A DNA stretch of 53,092 nucleotides from Thermoplasmata archaeon (GTDB lineage: Archaea; Thermoplasmatota; SW-10-69-26; JACQPN01; JAJPHT01), in the NCBI GenBank assembly GCA_034667685.1, contig JAXDQU010000031.1, positions 1-53,092 on the forward strand, in the 5' to 3' direction. Under the pieces are notes generated by a model, which was given only the letters and a program-made list of their open reading frames with translations, searched no databases and was not told the DNA's origin. Both the position numbers and the translations under genes were made by a program. Shown piece by piece: positions 28,132-38,321 of the stretch. Each line of letters opens with the position of its first letter. Position 1 is the first letter of the stretch.

Positions 28132-28226
28132 CGCTTCGCCATCCGCCAACACGCCAGGACGCCAACACGCCAGCGTTCCGTGTCTTGGCGTGTTGGCGTC
28201 CTGGCGTGTTGGCGGATGGCGAAGCG
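28132..28226. repeat. Perfect 41-bp-arm palindrome built from 8-bp ACGCCARS units
   Basis: Arms 28132-28172 and 28186-28226 are exact reverse complements with a 13-nt loop; located between convergent tatC and vapC. Confidence 0.92.
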
Positions 28227-28247
28227 AGGCGGGACGAGGGACAGATT

Positions 28248-28625
28248 CTAGGCGCGGCGCCCGAGGTCCACGATCTTCTCGCGGGGCAGCCCCAGCGCGG
28301 CGAAGTCCTTCGCGTTGTACGTCCAGAGCACGTCGGCCGGGCCCACGTGCCCCGCGATGATCGCGTCGCGCGCGAGCTTCAGCCAGGCCTTGTCGTCGAG
28401 CGGCGCCTGGAGCGCGCTGCGCAGCGCGTGCTCGGCGTCGTAGGGCTCGATGCGCCAGCCGAGGCGCTCGAAGGCGTGCAGCAGCTCGGCCGGGTCCGCG
28501 CCGCGCTGGCGAAGCTGCCGGCAGCGCTCCAGCACCACCAGCGCGGGGACGATGACGTCCTCGTCCTCCAGCAGGTCGAGCGCCTCCGGGTGCCAGAGGA
28601 CGTTGGTGTCGAGGACGACGGCCAT
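28248..28625 (-). CDS. vapC: PIN-domain toxin (VapC-like)
   Basis: VVLDTNVL, VLE, RDAIIA, LWTYNAKDF. Confidence 0.85.
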   Translation of the reverse strand: MAVVLDTNVLWHPEALDLLEDEDVIVPALVVLERCRQLRQRGADPAELLHAFERLGWRIEPYDAEHALRSALQAPLDDKAWLKLARDAIIAGHVGPADVLWTYNAKDFAALGLPREKIVDLGRRA

Positions 28626-28628
28626 GCG

Positions 28629-28847
28629 CTACTCGAGCTTGAACCGGAGCTTCTTGGACCGCGGCTGCTCCGCCGCCATGCGCTTGAGCATGTCCAACGC
28701 CATCCGCTTCTCGCGCTTCTCGCGGAGCGCCAGGATGCCCGCGCGGAGCACCTCGCTCTTGCTCTTGCCCATCTCGGCGGCGAGGGCCTCCACCTCCTGG
28801 AGCAGCGCGTCCTCCAGGCGGATCTTGATCTCCGCCGACTTCGTCAT
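28629..28847 (-). CDS. vapB: Ribbon-helix-helix (CopG-type) antitoxin
   Basis: EIKIRLEDALLQEVEALAAEMGKSKSEVLRAGI; 3 nt upstream of the PIN gene; TTTATG about 25 nt upstream. Confidence 0.8.
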   Translation of the reverse strand: MTKSAEIKIRLEDALLQEVEALAAEMGKSKSEVLRAGILALREKREKRMALDMLKRMAAEQPRSKKLRFKLE

Positions 28848-28916
28848 CGTTTCCCGATGGCAGCCCATGCACATAAACATGGTGCACAAACGGGGTGCAA
28901 ATGTACCCACAACGGC

Positions 28917-29648
28917 TCAGCGGCCCCTCTCGGCCACGAAGAGCACCACCGCGCCGCGCAGCATCGGCCGCGCCTCGACGCGCGCGAAGCCGGCGTCCGC
29001 CATGCGCTTCGCGATCACCTCGGGCGGGTCGACGCGCGCGACGCTGTCGGCCAGGTAGGCGTAGGCCTGCGGGTTGCCGGAGAGGCCGCGCATCAGGCGG
29101 GGCATCAGGCGCAGGAAGTAGAGGCGGTAGAGCGGGCCGAAGACCTTGCCTGGCGGCCGGTTGATCTCCAGGCTCACGAGACGGCCGCCGGGCTGGAGCG
29201 CGCGGTGGGCCTCGCGGAAGAAGGCGGGCTGGTCGGCGAGGTTGCGCAGGACGAAGGCGTTGGTGATGCCCTCGAACGTCGCGTCGGCGGCGGGCAGCGC
29301 GAGGCCGCTGGCGTGGACCATCCCCATCCGGGTCCGGTCGTACCCCTTCTTGCGCGGCGCGAGCGCGATCATGCCGCGCGCCAGGTCGAGGCCGAGCACG
29401 CGCGCGTCGGGGGCGGCCTTGTGCAGCGCGAGCGTGAGGTCGCCGGTGCCCGCGCCCACGTCGAGGTAGGGGCCTTGCCCGCGGCCGCGCGCCTCGCGGG
29501 CCGCCAGGCGGCGCCAGCGCTGGTCGAGGTTGGCGGCCATCAGCCGGTTGAGGAGGTCGTAGCGCGGGGCGATGCTGTCGAACATGTCCTGGACGTAGGC
29601 CTCCTTGGCCTTGGGGTCCGCGAACTGGGATGGCGCGCGCCGCTCCAC
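28917..29648 (-). CDS. menG: UbiE/MenG quinone biosynthesis methyltransferase
   Basis: MFDSIAPRYDLLN, DQRWR, LDVGAGTGD, FVLRN, LQPGG, AYAYLADS. Confidence 0.9.
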   Translation of the reverse strand: MERRAPSQFADPKAKEAYVQDMFDSIAPRYDLLNRLMAANLDQRWRRLAAREARGRGQGPYLDVGAGTGDLTLALHKAAPDARVLGLDLARGMIALAPRKKGYDRTRMGMVHASGLALPAADATFEGITNAFVLRNLADQPAFFREAHRALQPGGRLVSLEINRPPGKVFGPLYRLYFLRLMPRLMRGLSGNPQAYAYLADSVARVDPPEVIAKRMADAGFARVEARPMLRGAVVLFVAERGR

Positions 29649-29810
29649 GACGAGGCGATGCGGCCCTCCCTGAAATGCGTTTTTCTGCCGTTTTCCCTGC
29701 GAACGGATCGAGGAATGGTCCGAGTATTCGCGAAACGCTCAAACCGTGTCGCGTTGCTGGCGAAGGCGAAGGCCGCTATCTCGCTATCATCCGGCCTGGG
29801 TGGAACTGAC

Positions 29811-32288
29811 ATGAGTCGCATGCTGAGCGTGGCGATCGTGGCCCTCTTCGTGGGCATGGCTATCGCGGGTTGCACCGGCAACAACACCAACAACCCCACC
29901 GGCGGGAACCAGACGTCCACGCCCACGGGCGGCGGGGCGCCCTCCGCGTCCTGGACCTACTCGCCCACGACCGTCGAGCAGGGGCAAGCTGTGACCTTCG
30001 GCGCCAGCGGCGCCACGTCGGGCCAGACGGCCGCGTGGAACTTCGGCGACGGAACGAACGGCACGGGCACGACGACGCAGCACACGTTCCAGGACCCCGG
30101 CCGCTACATCGTGCGGCTGACCGTCACGTCGGGCAGCCAGTCCACGACGAACGACGCGGACCTGATCTACGTCAACGTGGGACCCAGCTTCAACATCACG
30201 ACGACGACGAACGCCTCCGACCTCGCGCCGGTGGCGGACATCTCGACGTCGCAGTCGGTGCTCCAGGCGGGCGGCTCCGTGCAGGCGAACGGCACGGGCT
30301 CCTACGGCTGGACGCCCAACGCGAAATTCGCCCCCGAGAAGGGCGTCACGCCGGAGAACACGCCGGTGCAGCGCTCCTCCGCGGCGGTCACCAACTTCTC
30401 GTGGGACTTCGGGGACGGCTCGGCCCCGGCCAGCGGCGACGCGACCTCCGCGGGCGCCGTGAACCACACGTACGCCAACCCAGGCACGTACGCGCTGAAG
30501 CTCACGGTCTCGGACGGCAACAAGACGTCCTCCGCCGTCGCGACCATCGTCGTCCTCTCGACGCCCCCGACGGTGGGCGGCTACAAGCAGAAGGACGTGT
30601 TCGTCACGGCCACCATCAGCGGCCCCCAGTCCTTCGACCCCGGCTTCGACTACGAGACGGCGGGCGGCACGGTCATCGAGGCGACGTACGACCGCCTCTT
30701 CTCCTACGACCACGGCGACACGACGAAGCCCATCGGCATGCTCGCCGCGAACGTCCCCTCCGTCGCCAACGGCGAGATCAAGAGCAACGGCCTGCGCTAC
30801 GAGATCCCGCTGCGCGCGGACGCGAAGTTCCAGGACGGCACGGCCGTCGACGCGGCCGCGGTCAAGTTCTCGCTCGACCGCCTCATCCTCATGGGCGACC
30901 CCTCGTCCGCGGCGCTCCCCGTGCTCGCCCCCATCATCAAGGGCGGCGTGGAGTACCTCACCAAGGGCAACGCGCACTACCTGGACCGCGCCTGGTACCT
31001 CTCGCAGAACGGCATCGAGGTCATCGACGCCTCGCACGTCGCGATCAACCTGCCCAACGCCGACCCCTCGGTCGTGGCGCGCCTGGCCTACGCGGCGTGC
31101 TCCATCGTGAGCCCCACGGCGGTCAAGGCCGCGCACAACGAGCGCGTGCCGCTCTGGGGCGTCGCCTCGACGCCGGATGGCCTGCCGCCCGCGGGCAAGT
31201 CGACGCGCGACCCGTGGATGGACGCGAACACGGCCGGCAGCGGCCCCTTCAAGCTCCGCGTCTGGCTGCCCAACGACCGCGTGGTCATGGACCGCAACGA
31301 CGGCTGGTGGGGCAACGCCGCCTTCGGCCAGATCAAGATGAAGACGGTCATCATCCAGTACGTCGACGACCTCAACACGCGCATCCTGATGCTGAAGAAC
31401 GGCGACGCGGACGAGATCTACGTCCCGGTCTCGCAGATCGCGCGCGTGCAGCCGCAGATCCAGAGCCTCGCGGACGTCGTGAACTCGCAGACGCTCACCA
31501 TCGGCGCCGGCTTCTTCAACTACAACGTGAACGGGAACGACAACTGCCCGCAGGTCGACGGCGCGCCCGACTGCACGATGTTCGCGGACCAGCACGTCCG
31601 CAAGTTCATCGTCGACGCCTTCGACTACACGGACTTCTTCACGAACGTCTCGAAGGGCAACAATCTGCCCCTCAACGGCGTGATCCCGCGCGGCCTGGCT
31701 GGCTACGATCCCTCGGAGGAGACGCTCACGCAGGACCTCCAGGCCGCGGCGCAGGAGCTCGCGGCGTCGCACGTCGCGGGCAAGACGGTCTCCTTCGACG
31801 TCTCGTGGAACACCGGCAACGCGGTGCGCGAGGGCGCGGCCAACATCCTGAAGCGCACCGTGGAGAGCGTGTCCAATGGCAAGGTCAGCGTGAACCTGAA
31901 GCCCATCAAGTTCAACGACCTGCTGACGAACACGCAGCACCAGCAGGTGGCCTTCTGGTTCTTCGGCTGGGCGCCGGACTACGTCGCGACGGACGACTAC
32001 GTCAAGCCGTTCCTGCAGACGGGCAACAACTACCCGTTCAACCAGGTGTTCTCGGACCCGGCGATCGACGCGAAGATCAACGCGGCGATCAACATGACGG
32101 ACCCGACGGCGCAGGCGAACGCCTGGAAGGAGATCAACGCGATGGGCGTCACGAAGAACGTGGACCTCTTCCTCTACCAGGCGAAGCAGGTGCACGTGCA
32201 GCGCAAGTACGTGACGGGCTACTACTTCAGCCCCGTCCACACGGGCCAGCCCAACGTCGGTGACTACACCGCCATCGGCAAGGCCTGA
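29811..32288 (+). CDS. Peptide/nickel ABC transporter substrate-binding lipoprotein (family 5) with two PKD domains
   Basis: Lipobox IAGC; PKD motifs WNFGDG and WDFGDG; DPGFDYET, KFQDGTAVDAAAVKFSLDR, GSGPF, GWAPDY. Confidence 0.92.
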   Translation: MSRMLSVAIVALFVGMAIAGCTGNNTNNPTGGNQTSTPTGGGAPSASWTYSPTTVEQGQAVTFGASGATSGQTAAWNFGDGTNGTGTTTQHTFQDPGRYIVRLTVTSGSQSTTNDADLIYVNVGPSFNITTTTNASDLAPVADISTSQSVLQAGGSVQANGTGSYGWTPNAKFAPEKGVTPENTPVQRSSAAVTNFSWDFGDGSAPASGDATSAGAVNHTYANPGTYALKLTVSDGNKTSSAVATIVVLSTPPTVGGYKQKDVFVTATISGPQSFDPGFDYETAGGTVIEATYDRLFSYDHGDTTKPIGMLAANVPSVANGEIKSNGLRYEIPLRADAKFQDGTAVDAAAVKFSLDRLILMGDPSSAALPVLAPIIKGGVEYLTKGNAHYLDRAWYLSQNGIEVIDASHVAINLPNADPSVVARLAYAACSIVSPTAVKAAHNERVPLWGVASTPDGLPPAGKSTRDPWMDANTAGSGPFKLRVWLPNDRVVMDRNDGWWGNAAFGQIKMKTVIIQYVDDLNTRILMLKNGDADEIYVPVSQIARVQPQIQSLADVVNSQTLTIGAGFFNYNVNGNDNCPQVDGAPDCTMFADQHVRKFIVDAFDYTDFFTNVSKGNNLPLNGVIPRGLAGYDPSEETLTQDLQAAAQELAASHVAGKTVSFDVSWNTGNAVREGAANILKRTVESVSNGKVSVNLKPIKFNDLLTNTQHQQVAFWFFGWAPDYVATDDYVKPFLQTGNNYPFNQVFSDPAIDAKINAAINMTDPTAQANAWKEINAMGVTKNVDLFLYQAKQVHVQRKYVTGYYFSPVHTGQPNVGDYTAIGKA

Positions 32289-32353
32289 TCCGGTCTCCCC
32301 TCGGCCGGCGCGGACGCAGGCCCGCGCCGGCCCCCTCCGTTTCCTCGTGGAGC

Positions 32354-33790
32354 GTGACGATGAACCTCTGGGCGTACCTGGTGCGGCGGCTGGTCCTGGC
32401 GATCCCCGTCATCGTGGGCGTCACGATCCTCACGTTCGGCATCTCGTGGGAAGCCAACCAGGGCGACATGGCGCGCGCGTACATCAGCGCGAAGATGACG
32501 CCCGAGCAGGTCGAGGAGATCCGCGTCTCCCACGGCTTCGACAAGCCGTTCTACGTCCAGTATCTCACGTACCTCAAGGGGCTCGTGAAGGGGGACCTGG
32601 GCCTCTCGCGCACGCAGGGCGACCTGCCCATCTCCCAGGTGTTCAAGGCGTTCTTCCCCGCGACGCTCGAGCTGACCATCGTCGCGGTCATCCTCGCCGT
32701 GGTGGGCGGCGTGTTCTTCGGCACGCTCTCCGCGGTGCGGAAGGACCGGCCCATCGACCACGCCACGCGCGTCTTCGCGTTGGCCGGCGTGAGCGTGCCC
32801 ATCTTCTGGCTGGGCCTGATCCTCAAGTTCATCTTCGCCACGACCTACCCGAAGGACCTCTTCGACTCGTCGGGCCCCGTGATCCGCGGCGTCTTCCTCG
32901 CGCTCGTGGTGGGCGTGCCCCTCGCGGTGGGCCTCTTCGTGGCGGACGGCCTCGACCCGCGGCACCTCACGTGGAGGCGCCTGGCGGTGCACCTCGCCAT
33001 CCTCGCCGCGATGCTCGGCCTCCTCGCGCTCCTCCACTGGTGGTTCGCGCTGATGGTCCTGGGCGGCATCGCGCTCGTCGCGTACGTCACCGCGCTCGCC
33101 ATGCGCCTCGCGGGGCGCGGCCGCGTCCCGGGCCGCGTGGTGCAGGTCGTGCTCGGCCTCGCGCTCGTCGCGGTCGTCGCGCTCACCCTCGCGGGCCAGG
33201 CGCCCAGCATCGTGGACCCGGTGCTCCAGCAGGTGCCGCAGATGCCGCTGGGCGGCCGCATCAGCAACGAGATCCTCAACCCGCCCGAGGCGCATCCCTC
33301 CGTGACTCACGGCAGGACCGGCTTCCTCCTCGTCGACACCGTCCTCGCGCGCGACTGGGTGGCGCTGGGCGACGTCGTCATGCACCTGATCCTGCCCGCG
33401 ATCACGCTGGGCTACTTCTCGCTCGCCATCATCACGCGCATCATGCGCGCGAGCATGCTCGACGTGCTCCAGCTCGACTTCGTGCGGACCGCGCGCGCCA
33501 AGGGGCTGCCCGAGCGCGAGGTCGTCCGCGCGCACGCGCGCCGCAACGCATTGATCCCCATCGCGACCGTGATCGGCCTGACCTTCGGCAGCCTGCTGGG
33601 CGGCGCCGTCCTGACCGAGACGATCTTCCAGTGGCCGGGCCTGGGCCGGTGGAGCACGCAGGCCATCGGCGCGGGCGACGCGCAGAGCATCATGGCCTTC
33701 ACGCTCTTCGTGGTCATCGTCTACCTCGTCGTGAACTTCGTCGTCGACGTCGTCTACAGCCTGATCGACCCGAGGGTGAGGCTCTCATGA
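32354..33790 (+). CDS. dppB: Peptide ABC permease OppB/DppB with a hydrophobic insertion
   Basis: YLVRRL, GDLGLS, PATLEL, PIFWLG, DFVRTARAKGL, HARRNA, ETIFQWPGLG, IDPRV. Confidence 0.92.
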   Translation: MTMNLWAYLVRRLVLAIPVIVGVTILTFGISWEANQGDMARAYISAKMTPEQVEEIRVSHGFDKPFYVQYLTYLKGLVKGDLGLSRTQGDLPISQVFKAFFPATLELTIVAVILAVVGGVFFGTLSAVRKDRPIDHATRVFALAGVSVPIFWLGLILKFIFATTYPKDLFDSSGPVIRGVFLALVVGVPLAVGLFVADGLDPRHLTWRRLAVHLAILAAMLGLLALLHWWFALMVLGGIALVAYVTALAMRLAGRGRVPGRVVQVVLGLALVAVVALTLAGQAPSIVDPVLQQVPQMPLGGRISNEILNPPEAHPSVTHGRTGFLLVDTVLARDWVALGDVVMHLILPAITLGYFSLAIITRIMRASMLDVLQLDFVRTARAKGLPEREVVRAHARRNALIPIATVIGLTFGSLLGGAVLTETIFQWPGLGRWSTQAIGAGDAQSIMAFTLFVVIVYLVVNFVVDVVYSLIDPRVRLS

Positions 33791-34803
33791 CGACGCTCAC
33801 CGGCCCCACGCCGCCGGAGCTCACCGAGGCGCCCGCCTCGCCGCAGCCCGCGCGCGGCCTGCGCTATCTCTGGTACCGCACGCGCTCCAGCCCGCTCACC
33901 ATCGCCGGCGCGGTCATCATCCTGCTCTACCTCGTCGTCGCCCTCTGCGCGCCGCTCCTGGCGCCCGTGCCCGCCGAGCAGCGCGGCAATCCCTACTCGC
34001 CGGTGGGCCACGAGGGCGAGGACGTGCTCCCCGCGCCGTGGTTCACGACGCAGCTCGATCCCACGCCCTGCACCGCGCAGTGGCCCGTGCCCGTCGTGGG
34101 CTGGTTCAACCACGCGACGATGCAATGCCCGCTGGGCACGAGCAACCACGGCGCGGACGTCTACTACGGCATCGTCTGGGGCGCGCGCATCAGCGTGCTC
34201 ATGGGCGTGGGCGTCACGGCGACCGGCGTCGTCGTGGGCATGATCCTCGGCCTCATCGCCGGCTGGTACGGCGGCTGGATCGACGAGCTGCTCCTGCGCA
34301 TCACCGACATCTTCCTCTCGCTGCCGCTCCTGGTGCTCGCGATCGCCGTCATCGTCGCGCTGCACAACCCGAGCCTCCTGTCGGTGGGCCTCGCGCTCGC
34401 GGTCGTCTGGTGGCCCACGTACACGCGCCTCGTGCGCGGCCAGGTGCTCGCCATCCGCGAGTCGCAGTACGTCGAGGCCGCGCGTGCCTCCGGGCTGCCC
34501 GACTGGTACATCATGGTCCGGCACGTCGCGCCCAACACGCTCTCGCCCGTCGTCGTGCAGGCGACGCTGGACATCGGGAGCGTGGTGCTCATCGCGGCCT
34601 CGCTCTCCTTCATCGGATTCACGAGCAACTCGCCGCTCCTGCCCGAATGGGGGCGCCTCGTCGCGCTCGGGCAGGAGTACATCGCGACGGGCCAGTGGTG
34701 GACCGTCGTCTTCCCGGGCCTCGCGATCTTCGGCTTCGTCCTCGGGTTCAACCTCCTGGGCGACGGGCTGCGCGACGTGCTCGATCCGCGGGGGGCGCGC
34801 TGA
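33787..34803 (+). CDS. dppC: Peptide ABC permease OppC/DppC
   Basis: PLGTSNHGAD, GARIS, YVEAARASG, PEWG, FNLLGDGLRDVLDPR; ATGA coupling with dppB. Confidence 0.92.
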   Translation: MTTLTGPTPPELTEAPASPQPARGLRYLWYRTRSSPLTIAGAVIILLYLVVALCAPLLAPVPAEQRGNPYSPVGHEGEDVLPAPWFTTQLDPTPCTAQWPVPVVGWFNHATMQCPLGTSNHGADVYYGIVWGARISVLMGVGVTATGVVVGMILGLIAGWYGGWIDELLLRITDIFLSLPLLVLAIAVIVALHNPSLLSVGLALAVVWWPTYTRLVRGQVLAIRESQYVEAARASGLPDWYIMVRHVAPNTLSPVVVQATLDIGSVVLIAASLSFIGFTSNSPLLPEWGRLVALGQEYIATGQWWTVVFPGLAIFGFVLGFNLLGDGLRDVLDPRGAR

Positions 34804-35913
34804 GTGGCGCCCGAGGACGCCGTCCTGGAGATCCGGGACCTCGCGCTCAACTTCAAGACGTACGGGGGCGACGTGCAGGCGCTCGAAGGCGTCGACCTCG
34901 AGCTGCTCCGCAACGAGACGCTCGGCCTCGTGGGCGAGTCGGGCTGCGGGAAGACCGTGACCGCGATGAGCGTCATGCGCCTGATCTCGACGCCGCCCGC
35001 GCACTACCTGCGCGGCAGGATCCTCTTCAAGCCCTCCGCCGACCCGGCGACGCACGTCGACCTGCTGGAGGCGGACGCGGAGGCCATGTCGAGCATCCGC
35101 GGCAACCAGATCGGCATGATCTTCCAGGAGCCGATGACGTCGCTCAACCCCGTCATGCCGCTGGGCAAGCAGCTTCGCGAGGTGCTGCTCCAGCACGACT
35201 CCGTGGGCCGGCCCATCACGTCCATCGAGCGGTGGCTGGAGCGCCGCGGCCTCCGCGTCACCTCGCGCGTGCGCGAGCGCCACCGCCTCGCCAACGCGCG
35301 CTCCGTCGAGACCCTGCGCCGCATCGGCATCGCGGACCCCGAGGAGATGCTCGGGCGCTATCCCCACGAGCTTTCCGGCGGCATGCGCCAGCGCATCATG
35401 ATCGCGATGGCGCTCTCGTGCAAGCCGCACCTGCTCATCGCCGACGAGCCCACCACCGCGCTGGACGTCACCATCCAGGCGCAGATCATGGACCTGATGA
35501 AGGAGCTCAAGCGCGAGGAGGAGGCGAGCATCCTCCTGATCACGCACCACCTGGGCCTCGTGGCCGAGATGTGCGACCGCGTCGCGGTGATGTACGCGGG
35601 CGCCGTCGTCGAGAAGGGCACGACCCATGATATCTTCCACGAGCCGCGCCACCCGTACACGGTGGGCCTCTTGCGCGCGATCCCGAAGCTCACCGGCGAG
35701 CGCCACGACCTGCCCGTGATCCCGGGGCGCATCCCCGACCTCATCCGCCCGCCCGCAGGGTGCCGCTTCCATCCGCGCTGCCCGTACGCGATGGTCGAGT
35801 GCACGCAGGCCCGGCCGCCGCTCTACGAGCTGGGGAACGGGCACCGCGTCGCGTGCGTGCTCTACGACGGCCAGCACGAGGTCCCCGCGGCGCTCCTGGA
35901 GGCGCGCCCGTGA
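34804..35913 (+). CDS. dppD: Peptide ABC ATPase OppD/DppD
   Basis: [42 protein letters not shown]. Confidence 0.95.
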   Translation: MAPEDAVLEIRDLALNFKTYGGDVQALEGVDLELLRNETLGLVGESGCGKTVTAMSVMRLISTPPAHYLRGRILFKPSADPATHVDLLEADAEAMSSIRGNQIGMIFQEPMTSLNPVMPLGKQLREVLLQHDSVGRPITSIERWLERRGLRVTSRVRERHRLANARSVETLRRIGIADPEEMLGRYPHELSGGMRQRIMIAMALSCKPHLLIADEPTTALDVTIQAQIMDLMKELKREEEASILLITHHLGLVAEMCDRVAVMYAGAVVEKGTTHDIFHEPRHPYTVGLLRAIPKLTGERHDLPVIPGRIPDLIRPPAGCRFHPRCPYAMVECTQARPPLYELGNGHRVACVLYDGQHEVPAALLEARP

Positions 35914-36938
35914 GCGACGCCGGGTGGCTCGTGGAGGCGCGCGACCTGCGCAAGGAGTTCCCGATCCGCGGCGGCTTCGTCTCGCGCACCGTCGCCAGCG
36001 TGCACGCGGTCGACGGCGTCTCGTTCGGCGTGCGCGAGGGGCAGACGCTCGGCCTCGTGGGCGAGAGCGGCTGCGGCAAGACCACCGTGGGCCGGACGCT
36101 CGTGCGCCTCACCGACGCGACGGGCGGCCGGATCCTCTACCGCGGAAAAGATATCACGAACCTGCGCGGGGGCGAGCTTCGCGCGCTGCGGCGGAAGATC
36201 CAGATCGTCTTCCAGGACCCGCAGTCGAGCCTCAACCCACGCATGCGCGTGCGCGACATCATCGCGGAGCCGCTGCGCTTCACCGCCGGCAAGTCGCGCA
36301 AGGAGGCGCGCGCCAAGGTGCTCGACCTCCTGGAGCGCGTCGGCCTCAAGCCCGACCACGCGGAGCGTTACCCGCACGAGTTCTCCGGGGGCCAGCGCCA
36401 GCGCATCGGCATCGCGCGCGCCCTCGCGACGGACCCCGAGTTCGTCATCCTCGACGAGCCCACGAGCGCGCTCGACGTCTCCGTGCAGGCGCGCCTCCTG
36501 AACCTGCTGCGGCAGCTCCAGGACGAGCTGAAGCTCACGTACCTCTTCATCAGCCACGACCTCAGCGTCATCCGCTACATGTGCGACGAGGTCGCCGTGA
36601 TGTACCTGGGCCGCATCGTGGAGCGCGCGCCGGTGGACGACCTCTTCGCCAACCCGCAGCACCCCTACACGCAGGCTTTGCTATCGGCCGTCCCGCTGCC
36701 CGATCCCGACACGAAGGCGAAGCGCATCATCCTGACCGGCGACGTGCCCAGCCCCGTCAACCCGCCGCAGGCGTGCCGGTTCCACCCGCGCTGCCCGCGC
36801 GCCCAGGCCGTCTGCCACGAGATCGACCCGCCCCTGGAGCCCAAGCGCCCGAACCACCTCGCCGCGTGCCACTTCCCCGGCCCCCAGGAGAAGTGGCCCA
36901 CCACGCAGACGCGCGAGGTCAAGCTCAGCCAGGAATAG
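35910..36938 (+). CDS. dppF: Peptide ABC ATPase OppF/DppF
   Basis: [44 protein letters not shown] coupling with dppD. Confidence 0.95.
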   Translation: MSDAGWLVEARDLRKEFPIRGGFVSRTVASVHAVDGVSFGVREGQTLGLVGESGCGKTTVGRTLVRLTDATGGRILYRGKDITNLRGGELRALRRKIQIVFQDPQSSLNPRMRVRDIIAEPLRFTAGKSRKEARAKVLDLLERVGLKPDHAERYPHEFSGGQRQRIGIARALATDPEFVILDEPTSALDVSVQARLLNLLRQLQDELKLTYLFISHDLSVIRYMCDEVAVMYLGRIVERAPVDDLFANPQHPYTQALLSAVPLPDPDTKAKRIILTGDVPSPVNPPQACRFHPRCPRAQAVCHEIDPPLEPKRPNHLAACHFPGPQEKWPTTQTREVKLSQE

Positions 36939-38220
36939 GCTGCAGCGTGGCGCTCCAGGTCGCGCTCGTCGAGGCGGGTCCGTCCGCGTCCGTCGCGTCG
37001 GACGCGATGCGCAGCGCGACCGTCGCGCCGGCTCCCACGAAGATCACGCCCGCGGCGCGGCAGCTCGTCTGGGGTCCCCACACGCTGCACGAGAGTCCCG
37101 TGGAAGACCCGTCGACGTCCACGGTGAAGGTCCAGTGGTGGACGCCGCCGCCCGTCGCGTTGCCCGGCGGCGCCGCGAGGTGGACGAACAGGCCGCTGAG
37201 GTTGCCCATGGGGAAGGGCGTCGCGACGTCGCTCTCGCGGGTCGTGGGCGACGCGAACGCGCCGAACGCCCCGAACTGCGGGACGCCCGCCGCGCCGGTC
37301 ATGGGCGACGCGCCGGTGCCGCCGCCGAGCATGGTCCCGCCCTGCGGGCCGCTCGATCCCTGCGGACCTTGCGCGCCCTGCTGACCCACAGGTCCCTGCG
37401 GCCCTGCGGGCCCCTGCGGTCCAGCCGGGCCTTGCGGGCCGGCCGTCCCGTTCACGCCTTGCGGGCCCGCGGGACCCTGGGGGCCGGCTGGACCCTTGGC
37501 GCCTTGCGCGCCGGGGGCGCCGGCAGGTCCCTGCGGGCCGGCGGGACCTTGCGCGCCAGCGGGCCCCGAGGGACCGGCCGCCCCGTCGGCGCCGGCCGGC
37601 CCGGCAGGACCTTGGGGTCCCACGGCGCCCGCAGGCCCCTGTGGACCGGCCGGGCCTTGCGTTCCAGCGGGTCCCTGCGGACCGGCTGCGCCGTCCGCGC
37701 CTGCGGGACCCGTCGGACCGGCGGGCCCGGGAAGACCGTCCGCCCCGGGGGCGCCCTGTGCGCCAGCCAGCCCCTGCAGACCCGCGGGTCCCTGCGGTCC
37801 TTGGGGCCCGGTGGCGCCGGCCGGGCCTTGCGGGCCGGCTGCGCCATCGCTCCCCCGCGGTCCGGCGGGTCCCTGCGGGCCCGCGGGACCTTGTGGGCCG
37901 GCCGTTCCGTTCACGCCCTGCGGGCCCGCGGGACCCGGGACGCCGCAGCCGGTCTGGTTCGCGAGGCACACGACGCGCCCCCCGAACGTGAGCGCCCCGC
38001 CCGCGGACGCCCCGAGCGCGCCCCCGTCGAAGACGAGGTGGCGGGGACCGAGGGCGAGATCGCCCGTCACGTTGTCGCCGCCCACGCGGACCCACGGCTC
38101 GGGGTGGTCGGGAGCCGAGAGCGGAGCGGAGGGCGCGGCGAGGCCATGGCCGACGTCGATCGTGGCGCCGGCGGCGAACGCCAGGATCGCCACGAGGGCG
38201 ATGGTGGTGGTGGAAGCCAT
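36925..38220 (-). CDS. Secreted collagen-like protein
   Basis: N-terminal hydrophobic signal, about 67 uninterrupted Gly-X-Y triplets, C-terminal beta-rich globular domain with a Cys pair. Confidence 0.9.
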   Translation of the reverse strand: MASTTTIALVAILAFAAGATIDVGHGLAAPSAPLSAPDHPEPWVRVGGDNVTGDLALGPRHLVFDGGALGASAGGALTFGGRVVCLANQTGCGVPGPAGPQGVNGTAGPQGPAGPQGPAGPRGSDGAAGPQGPAGATGPQGPQGPAGLQGLAGAQGAPGADGLPGPAGPTGPAGADGAAGPQGPAGTQGPAGPQGPAGAVGPQGPAGPAGADGAAGPSGPAGAQGPAGPQGPAGAPGAQGAKGPAGPQGPAGPQGVNGTAGPQGPAGPQGPAGPQGPVGQQGAQGPQGSSGPQGGTMLGGGTGASPMTGAAGVPQFGAFGAFASPTTRESDVATPFPMGNLSGLFVHLAAPPGNATGGGVHHWTFTVDVDGSSTGLSCSVWGPQTSCRAAGVIFVGAGATVALRIASDATDADGPASTSATWSATLQPIPG

Positions 38221-38321
38221 CGGCAGGTCGAGATGCGGGACCCTCAAGAAGGTGGGCAAGCCGTGGCTTGCGCGCTCCCGCCCACGTCAACGGATATGAG
38301 CCGCGAGCCCGGTGGAGGCGC

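Noticed and set aside
28132-28226. Possible CRISPR mini-array or tRNA
   Set aside because: Units are 8 bp with no spacers, no cas genes are present, and no cloverleaf is visible
26733-32288. 1851-aa ORF suggesting a giant fusion ending in the ABC binding protein
   Set aside because: The first ~1000 codons overlap tatC, vapBC and menG in other frames; the real start with a lipoprotein signal is at 29811
37496-38299. Second collagen-like (GPC/GPA) ORF on the plus strand
   Set aside because: GGN-CCN codon symmetry makes the antisense of a Gly-Pro repeat also read as Gly-Pro; it has no signal peptide or globular domain
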